This document shows positions 57,116 to 64,000 of a stretch of 64,000 nt of DNA, piece after piece. Under the pieces are notes generated by a model, which was not told the DNA's origin, did not search any database, and saw only the letters and a program-made list of their open reading frames with translations. Position numbers and translations under genes: made by a program. How positions within the stretch are numbered: the first letter of the stretch is position 1; the number at the start of each line of letters is the position of its first letter. Origin of the DNA: an uncultured Gemmatimonadaceae bacterium (lineage in GTDB: Bacteria > Gemmatimonadota > Gemmatimonadetes > Gemmatimonadales > Gemmatimonadaceae); the NCBI GenBank assembly GCA_963790305.1, contig CAWBOC010000010.1, positions 288,001 to 352,000 on the forward strand, read 5' to 3'.

Positions 57116-57149
57116 CGGCGCGGAGCCAGCGTGATCGACCTTCCGCTCG

Positions 57150-57470
57150 CTACCCATGGAGGTGTACGCGATTCGGGCCGCCACGCGCGCCCTCGGCCGG
57201 TGGAGGCGGAGCCGTCGGACGCGGCGCAGCTGGTTGACGAGCGTGCACCCGCAGGAAGCCGACGACGCGCTCCCACGCAGCAGTGGCTGCAACCGGTGAG
57301 AAGATGCCCTGTCGGTTCCAGGCGAAGAATCCGTGCTCCGCGTCGGCGGTCACCGGAGACCAGAGTGGCGCCGGGATCGCGCGTGAAGACGCTGGCGCGG
57401 GCGCTCGACAGCTCGTTCCCGCGCCTAACAGGCATATCACAGCGATACCGTGGACACCACGGATCATCAT
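57150..57470 (-). pseudogene. Internally deleted dienelactone-hydrolase-like remnant
   Basis: A signal-like N-terminus is joined directly to DAEHGF...AATAAWERVVGFL; no GxCxG nucleophile segment. Confidence 0.55.
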
Positions 57471-57967
57471 TGCCCCCGCAACATCTTCTTGACCGCAGCG
57501 ATCTGTCCGGAGTGATACGCGTCATGCTGGACGAGGCCGTTGATCGTCTGAGCGAAGGTGACGCCAGTCCCGAGCTCGCGATTGCGCGCATCGTTGACGG
57601 GCGCCGTGAGTCGCGATGGGTCTAGAGCGGCGACCGCTTCACGCAGTGCCTCATGCGCTTCGTCGAGCCCACGGATGGCGGCTCGCCAATCCCTGTCGTC
57701 AGGCATCGTCGGAGGTGCCGGCCAGTCACCCATCTCCGGCTCCGAAGCCACGTGGCCCTGGAGACGCCGGGTAACCTCACGAGTCCACGCGGTCATGTGC
57801 AGCACGAGCTCCCAGATGGAGTGGACCGCTGCAGCCGGTCGGCGTCGCGCTTCGTCCGCGGGGACGTCGGCGAGAAGCGATGCGCGCGAGGAGCCATGCC
57901 AGGGATCACCAGCGTGCTCCCGCTCGAGCTGGTCGATGAGGAATTGAGACAGCGAGGGATTCGTCAT
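57467..57967 (-). CDS. DinB-family protein
   Basis: PWHG, HSIWELVLH and QHDAYHSGQI. Confidence 0.9.
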   Translation of the reverse strand: MTNPSLSQFLIDQLEREHAGDPWHGSSRASLLADVPADEARRRPAAAVHSIWELVLHMTAWTREVTRRLQGHVASEPEMGDWPAPPTMPDDRDWRAAIRGLDEAHEALREAVAALDPSRLTAPVNDARNRELGTGVTFAQTINGLVQHDAYHSGQIAAVKKMLRGQ

Positions 57968-57977
57968 GAGCTGAAGG

Positions 57978-58568
57978 TCAGACGAGGCGTCGAGCCTCGA
58001 GAAGGACCGGAATGCCACGAAGGACACAGAGCACGACGCTGGCGTATACGCAGATGAGAGCGATCATCAGGACGACGCGTTGCGCCGAGTCGGGGATGGT
58101 CGGCGCGTATGCGATGATCATCAGGGTGAACGCCGCCGCCTTGGCAATGCCGTAGGCCGAGCGGCTTTCCCGCGACGCAACGAGAAACGTGCCGACCTTC
58201 GATCGCATCATCGTCGTCGGCCCGAACGCAGTCAGCCCTCGCTCGAACGCAACCGCGCGCGCTCCATCGACGAGCAACCCGCGCACCGCGACGACGATCG
58301 GAATCCAGGCTGGAATCCAGCCGAGCGCGGCGAACGCGATCCAGTAGGTGAGCTCGACGATGCGGTCGGTGAGGATGTCGATCACCGCGCCGATTCGGGA
58401 CACCTCGCCGTAGCGACGGGCGACCCACCCGTCGAGCCCATCCATGAGAATCGAGGTAATGGTGAGGACCGCCGCCAGGATGTACAAACCGGGTCGATGA
58501 AACAGAATCGCGACAGCGATGAACGCGAGGAGGGCGCGCGTGATTGCGACGAGATTGGCTCGGGTCAC
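57978..58568 (-). CDS. CDP-alcohol phosphatidyltransferase
   Basis: DGLDGWVARR...G..ID...D signature. Confidence 0.9.
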   Translation of the reverse strand: MTRANLVAITRALLAFIAVAILFHRPGLYILAAVLTITSILMDGLDGWVARRYGEVSRIGAVIDILTDRIVELTYWIAFAALGWIPAWIPIVVAVRGLLVDGARAVAFERGLTAFGPTTMMRSKVGTFLVASRESRSAYGIAKAAAFTLMIIAYAPTIPDSAQRVVLMIALICVYASVVLCVLRGIPVLLEARRLV

Positions 58569-59125
58569 CCTCGCAGCGAGCGGGCCATCACTCGATCCGT
58601 CTGCTCCTCGGTGCCGAAGATGAATGCGTGCTCACCGACGTCGACGAATCCACACTTGCCGTAGAACGCGATCGCGCGCGGATTGCGCTCCCAGACGCCG
58701 AGCCAGAGCGTGCGGCCGCCGAAGTCGTCTGCCGCCTGATCGACAGCGCGCATGAGTGCCTGTGCGATCCCGCGTCCGTGGAAGGGCCGGTCGACGTAAA
58801 AGCGCCAGAGCTCCACCGGTGAATCGCCGGTGACGCAGGCGGGCCAGTTCCCTTGGCGTACTTGGGCAAACCCCGCCAAGCGAGGGCCGAGCTCGGCAAG
58901 CAGCGTGACCATGGCCTCGTCGCGAATCTGACGGAGTTGAATGTCCGCCCCGAAGGCGCTCGCGACATGAATGGCCATGTCCTCGGCGGTGTTGTCGGCG
59001 CCGAACGTCTCAACGAACGTTCGGCGCGCGAACGCGGCCAGGCGCTCAGCGTCATCGTCCGTCGCGCGACGAATGACGAGGTCCTCGCGAGCGGAGTCCG
59101 CGCGCGGCGCTATCGATGACGTCAT
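58565..59125 (-). CDS. GNAT acetyltransferase (PaiA-like)
   Basis: RFYV...HGRGIA and WLGVWERNPRAIAFY. Confidence 0.9.
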   Translation of the reverse strand: MTSSIAPRADSAREDLVIRRATDDDAERLAAFARRTFVETFGADNTAEDMAIHVASAFGADIQLRQIRDEAMVTLLAELGPRLAGFAQVRQGNWPACVTGDSPVELWRFYVDRPFHGRGIAQALMRAVDQAADDFGGRTLWLGVWERNPRAIAFYGKCGFVDVGEHAFIFGTEEQTDRVMARSLRG

Positions 59126-59571
59126 CGCTTGGCGTGCGCGGCGTCGTGGTGCGCGATGAGCTCGTCCGGACGCATGCTCGCGATGACGCGCCCAACCGCG
59201 TCGAGGGGCAAGTCGTCGAGCTTCTTGAAGCGCAAGCACGATTTCCCCATGTCCATCTTCTTGCCTGCACGCTTGAACGCCGCGTCGAGCTGCTTCCCCT
59301 GCTCGGGGTCCATGTAGGGCCCCATCAGATACAGCGCGTAGTAATTCTTCTGCGCAGCGAGCGCGACATACCCTAACGGTTGCCCGTTGTACGTGTCGGG
59401 GTAGCGCGAGAGGGGTATCCCATAACAGATCATCCCCGAGCTCATCATCTCGCTATATCCCTGGGGAAGATTGCGCTTGACGACTTCGCGCACCTTCGAA
59501 ACGACTGCTCGACGTTCGGCGGGAAGCTCGGCGAGGTACTCCTCGACCGTCGCCGCTTTGCTGGTGGCCAT
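59122..59571 (-). CDS. DUF1801-domain protein
   Basis: TVEEYL, YNGQPL, LAAQKNY and DMGKSCLRFK. Confidence 0.85.
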   Translation of the reverse strand: MATSKAATVEEYLAELPAERRAVVSKVREVVKRNLPQGYSEMMSSGMICYGIPLSRYPDTYNGQPLGYVALAAQKNYYALYLMGPYMDPEQGKQLDAAFKRAGKKMDMGKSCLRFKKLDDLPLDAVGRVIASMRPDELIAHHDAAHAKR

Positions 59572-59690
59572 CGGATCCTCAGGGCGGGGCGGGAGGTTCA
59601 AATTTGCGAAGGAGCCTGGGGGTTGGCCAGTCTGGCTTCCGATGTTCAACATTGTCATCGCAATGGCTCGTAGCGCGAACCCGCTCACAG

Positions 59691-61658
59691 TTACGGTAGC
59701 CCGAATGCCACGACCCAGTCCCCACGCCCCCACACGCCGCCGCCGCCGGCGCTGACGACGACGTACTGCTTCCCGTTCACGCGGTAAGTCATGGGCGTGG
59801 CCTTGCCGCTCGCCGGAAGATCTCCGCGCCAGAGCTCGCGGCCCGTCTCGACGTCGAACGCCCGAATTGACCGGTCGAGCGTTGCCGCGATGAAAACCAA
59901 ACCGCCCGCCGTCACAATGGGACCGCCGAGGGTCGGGGAACCCCAGTTCGCGGGAATGGTGGCCCCCGCGGGAGCAAGACCGAGGACGGTGCCCAGCGGC
60001 ACCTCCCACACACGTTCGCCAGTCGTGAGGCTCACGGCGACGAGCGTTCCGAATGGCGGGGGAGAGCAGGGAAGCCCCGACGGCGCCCGGAGAATGCGAC
60101 GCCGCATAACGAATGGGGTGCCGCGCATGCGCGTGTATTCGAAGCCGAAGCGCTGACTCGCAACCCGCATGCTGTCGGTGTTGAGCTGCTCCACCGGGAT
60201 CAGCTGCACCATCGCCGCGAGGCGGTTTACCGGAACAATGGCGAGCTGGCGCGAAGGGTCGATGGCCACGCCACCCCAATGCGCGCCACCGATGTTCGAC
60301 GGCATGACGAGCGTTCCTTCCAGCGACGGCGGAGTGAAGATCCCTTCATTGCGCAGCGGCGAGATCGCCTCGAGGCAAGCGTCGCGATCGGCGGGTGTCG
60401 CGCCCCAGACCTCGTCCCGGCGAAAACGATGTGGACTGAGTGGCGGTGTGCGCACTGTGAACGGCTGCGTCCGCGATGCCGCTTCCCCTGGCACGGTGCT
60501 GGGTGGCACGGGGCGCTCCTCCACCGGGAACACCGGCGTGCCGGTCGCGCGGTCGAGCACGTAGAGCATTCCCGTCTTGGTCGCCTGCACCACGACGTCG
60601 ATCTCGCGCCCGCCGATGCGGACCGTCGTCAGCGCCGGAGGGGAGGCGTTGTCGTAGTCCCACAAATCGTGATGAACGGTCTGGAAGTGCCAGACGACCT
60701 CCCCCGTCGCCGCCCGGAGCGCAACGATGGAGTTCGCATAACGGTTGTCGCCGCGCCGCTCGCCTCCGTAATAGTCTGGACTCGGGCTTCCGGTCGGCAC
60801 GAACACCAGACCACGCGCGCTGTCGGCGGCGATCACCGACCAGGCGTTCGCTGCACCTGTCGTGTGTGCGCGGTCGCCGATCCAGGTTGCATAGGCCGGA
60901 TCGGTTGGCTTCTGCGGAACGGGATCCCACGTCCAGCGCAGCACTCCCGTTCGCGCGTCGAACCCGCGGACCTCGCCGCTCGCGGCGTCGGCGCGGTTGT
61001 TGTCGGCTACCGCCGAGCCAACGACGAGAAGCCCGCCCACGATCGCGGGTGGTGACGTCACCTCGTACTCGGCGGTCTCGAACGGTGGATTGCGCAGACC
61101 AACACGCAGGTCGACCGTGCCGTTCGTTCCGAAATCGAGGCAGGGGCGCCCGGTGAGCGCATCGAGCGCGATGAGGCGCGCGTCGATGACCGCCACGAAG
61201 ATGCGTCGGCGACAGGACGCAGTCGGCGCGGCCGATGGATCGAGCCACGTCGTGACGCCGCGGTTGGTGAAATCGCCGAAATTGATGCGGCGATCGACTT
61301 GTGGATCGTAGACCCAGCGCTCGACGCCCGTGGCGGGATCGAGCGCGATCACGCGACCGAGCGGTGTCGCGAGGTACATCGCCCCGTCGACGACGAGCGG
61401 AGTCGCCTCGAGGGAGGTTTCACGACGCGTCGCGAAGGCGGAGTCGGTTTCCCTGGTGCGGTACGTCCAGGTCACCCGGAGCTGCGCTACGTTGTCGCGA
61501 GAGATGTCGTCGACGGGCGCATAACGACTCCCTCCGGGGTCGCGCCCGTAGCTGCTCCAGTCGACTGAGCCCGCCTCCGCATCCGGGCGCGGCGGAAGCG
61601 TCGACTGCGAGTGACAGGCGAGGAGCGCGGCGATCGCCAGATACGTCGCCTGCCTCAC
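59691..61658 (-). CDS. PQQ-dependent dehydrogenase (glucose/quinate family), lipoprotein
   Basis: W..YG, EATPL, NRGV, WHFQTVHHDLWDYD and ATPMTY; the GTG start overlaps the upstream TGA. Confidence 0.9.
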   Translation of the reverse strand: MRQATYLAIAALLACHSQSTLPPRPDAEAGSVDWSSYGRDPGGSRYAPVDDISRDNVAQLRVTWTYRTRETDSAFATRRETSLEATPLVVDGAMYLATPLGRVIALDPATGVERWVYDPQVDRRINFGDFTNRGVTTWLDPSAAPTASCRRRIFVAVIDARLIALDALTGRPCLDFGTNGTVDLRVGLRNPPFETAEYEVTSPPAIVGGLLVVGSAVADNNRADAASGEVRGFDARTGVLRWTWDPVPQKPTDPAYATWIGDRAHTTGAANAWSVIAADSARGLVFVPTGSPSPDYYGGERRGDNRYANSIVALRAATGEVVWHFQTVHHDLWDYDNASPPALTTVRIGGREIDVVVQATKTGMLYVLDRATGTPVFPVEERPVPPSTVPGEAASRTQPFTVRTPPLSPHRFRRDEVWGATPADRDACLEAISPLRNEGIFTPPSLEGTLVMPSNIGGAHWGGVAIDPSRQLAIVPVNRLAAMVQLIPVEQLNTDSMRVASQRFGFEYTRMRGTPFVMRRRILRAPSGLPCSPPPFGTLVAVSLTTGERVWEVPLGTVLGLAPAGATIPANWGSPTLGGPIVTAGGLVFIAATLDRSIRAFDVETGRELWRGDLPASGKATPMTYRVNGKQYVVVSAGGGGVWGRGDWVVAFGLP

Positions 61659-64000
61659 TGACCTACCGCCTCCGCCGCGGGTACCGTGATTCTTGCCGCA
61701 TCCCAGCTCTCCAGACCTCGCGTGTTCACCGCCCGAACCGCGATCTCGCTTCCGGGCGCGACCCCGGTCAGCGTTGCACGCGGTGTCGTGACCGTGAGGG
61801 TGCGCGCGGTGCCTGGTCCCGGAGGGTCGACGCGGACGGAGTAGCGTGCGTGATCGCGCTCGGGTGCAGCCGCCCAGCGGATCTCGATGCGATCGCCGGC
61901 CTGCCTGACGAGCTCGAGCCCGGTCGGGCGCGCGGGACTCGACGCGAGCAACATGATCGACGCCGCCGTCGTTTTGCTCACCTCGGCGACCAGACGGTGG
62001 TTGATCGTCTCGAGAACGTCGTGCGGCTGGTGATAGTGCGGGTTTCCCAGAATGGGATATGAGCCAATGCCGCCGACGATGTCGCCATAGACCTCGTAGT
62101 ACGCATGCGCGTCCGTGTTGCGGTAGTACTTGGCGTCGTAGGTGATGAGATCGGTGAACAGAAACGCCGCGGCGTGCTGGAGATCGCGGATGCCCGCGTT
62201 GGAGTAGCGGATGGTGTTGTCGAGGCGCTCGTCGTTCGTCCAGCCGATCATGTCGTTGTTGAGCGCACCGGCGATCTTGTCGTTGTTCGCCACCGCGCGC
62301 CGCACGAACTCCCGGCTGCCGAACAGGCCGGCTTCTTCGCCGGTGAACCATGCGAACTTGATCGTCGCGGCTTGCGGCCGACGCGCGAGCACGCGGGCCA
62401 CGTCGAGCAGCGCCGTCGTGCCTGAGGTGTTGTCATCGGAGCCGGGTCCCTCCTCGACGGAATCGAAGTGGCTGCTGATGACGTAGATCAGGTCGGGACT
62501 GACTCGCCCGCGTAGCGTCGCGATCACGTTCGCGGTGCGCACGCCCGGCTGTGGCTCGAACCACTGTATCTCCGGCTCGTATCCGAAGGAGCGCAGGGTG
62601 CCGGCAATGTACTCGATCGCGAGGCGATTGCCCGGCTGCGTGATGTACTTGGACCCGAACTGGTAGAGTGAGCGCTGGTATTCGTAAATGCGCTCCACCG
62701 AAATGCCGCGTAACGCGGTGCGCACGCCGCTGTCGATCGCGGCGAACATGCGGCGGCCACGAGCGCGCAGGTCTCGCTCGGCGGCCCCACTGGCGCGCAC
62801 GCGAGCAAGGACGTCGGCGCGCGAGTACGTGCGATCGAGATCGAGGAGGATGACGCTGCGCTCGGGCGAGATGGTGTCGCCGTCTCGATCGGTGACGATC
62901 AGGATCTTCGTACCGTCGGGGCTCACGGCCCATTCATACTCCGGCGCGACCGTTCGCACGGTGTTGTTGTGATGCAGGCGCGTGGCGTGGCCGCTCGCGG
63001 CATCGTACATGTACGTCCGGCGGTGACGTGGCTCTCCCTTCACGGCCAGCACCCGGTTGCCGGACAGCCACCGCGGAAGGACGTCGTGCTGAATCTCGCG
63101 CGACAACCGGAGGTCGCCCTGTCCATCGCGTCCAATGACGAACAGCTCCCAGTCGTCGCGCAACATGACGACGTGGGCGATGCGCTGGCCGTCGGGGGAG
63201 GGGACAGGCGTCGCCATCGGTCGCGCACTGCGCTTGACGACCGTCGGTTCCCCGCCCCCCACCGTCAGCGCCGAGATCGTGAACTCACTCCCGGCGCGTG
63301 AGAGAAACGCGAGGGTCGACCCATCCGCCGACACGGCCGGCGAGGTGCCCGCGAATGTTCGCGTCGCGCCGGAGGCGACGTCGCGAATCGAGACAGAGTC
63401 ACTTCCGAGCGCGTACACGACATGGGTTCCGCCGGCTGTGAACACCGGATTCGACTTGAGTCCCGGACCTGACGAGATCGGCCGCGGAGCGGCCGACGTG
63501 GAGAGCGCATAGACGTCGGTGCGTGCGCGATCGGCGGTCGGTCCACCCACGACGTGCAGCGTCGATCCGTCGAGGCTGAACACCAGCGCGCGCTTCGCGA
63601 GGTCCGGCGCTCGCAGCTCTTCGGTGGTACCGGTGCGAAGGTCGCGAGCCATGATGCGCGCGGCTTCCTGCTCGAGGCGCGTGACTTCCTGTCGCTGGCG
63701 CTGAAGGCGCGCAAACTCCTGTGCGCGTAACAGGGAATCGGCGAGCGACCGCGCCGCGCGCAGCTCCTGCGTCTCCTCGATCGCGAGATAGGCCACGCGA
63801 TCCCCAACGGGAGAGAAGACGAGGGCAACCCCGCTGATCGACGCCACCCTTCGCACAGAATCCCCGTCCAGAGCGACCACGTTCGTCACTCGGCCTCCAT
63901 TGGTCGTGAAGGAGGCGTAGCGACCGTCGGGGCTCCATCGCGGCGCCTGGCCATCGGGTGCCACCGAGATCGTGCGATAGAGCTCGCCGGTGAGCAGCGC
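61655..64000 (-). CDS. M28/M20-family peptidase with TolB-like propeller and FN3-like tail (5' end outside the window)
   Basis: WSPDG repeats, SSHFDS, GSDDNTSG, GEEAGL, NNDM and PHYH. Confidence 0.85.
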   Translation of the reverse strand, partial: ALLTGELYRTISVAPDGQAPRWSPDGRYASFTTNGGRVTNVVALDGDSVRRVASISGVALVFSPVGDRVAYLAIEETQELRAARSLADSLLRAQEFARLQRQRQEVTRLEQEAARIMARDLRTGTTEELRAPDLAKRALVFSLDGSTLHVVGGPTADRARTDVYALSTSAAPRPISSGPGLKSNPVFTAGGTHVVYALGSDSVSIRDVASGATRTFAGTSPAVSADGSTLAFLSRAGSEFTISALTVGGGEPTVVKRSARPMATPVPSPDGQRIAHVVMLRDDWELFVIGRDGQGDLRLSREIQHDVLPRWLSGNRVLAVKGEPRHRRTYMYDAASGHATRLHHNNTVRTVAPEYEWAVSPDGTKILIVTDRDGDTISPERSVILLDLDRTYSRADVLARVRASGAAERDLRARGRRMFAAIDSGVRTALRGISVERIYEYQRSLYQFGSKYITQPGNRLAIEYIAGTLRSFGYEPEIQWFEPQPGVRTANVIATLRGRVSPDLIYVISSHFDSVEEGPGSDDNTSGTTALLDVARVLARRPQAATIKFAWFTGEEAGLFGSREFVRRAVANNDKIAGALNNDMIGWTNDERLDNTIRYSNAGIRDLQHAAAFLFTDLITYDAKYYRNTDAHAYYEVYGDIVGGIGSYPILGNPHYHQPHDVLETINHRLVAEVSKTTAASIMLLASSPARPTGLELVRQAGDRIEIRWAAAPERDHARYSVRVDPPGPGTARTLTVTTPRATLTGVAPGSEIAVRAVNTRGLESWDAARITVPAAEAVGQ

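Noticed and set aside
1..64000. Prophage, defence island or autonomous transposon
   Set aside because: I recognised no integrase, transposase, phage structural, restriction or toxin-antitoxin genes and saw no obvious compositional shift.

Overview
A high-GC bacterial chromosomal window whose gene content (several Hanks-type kinases, M14 and M28 peptidases, caa3 oxidase, Tat exports) resembles Gemmatimonadota; the taxonomy is an inference. It holds about 50 genes: a caa3-type cytochrome c oxidase operon (ctaCDEFG), leuS, dacB, kup, pncA/pncB-like NAD-salvage genes, a cNMP-domain::aspartate ammonia-lyase fusion, a diguanylate cyclase, three Ser/Thr kinases, transporters and exported hydrolases. 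I found no rRNA, tRNA, CRISPR array or transposase. The most unusual signal is non-coding: about 18 short palindromic elements whose arms are mostly tandem 7- or 9-mers from at least six unrelated unit families. Three copies share TAGGG...CCCTA ends and a branched core with a compensatory change. Several supply stop codons to neighbouring genes, and at least two sit in-frame inside enzymes (a TPP-dependent E1-alpha and CtaG). Four apparent +1 frameshifts look like sequencing errors. All product calls come from motif recognition by eye, not database searches.
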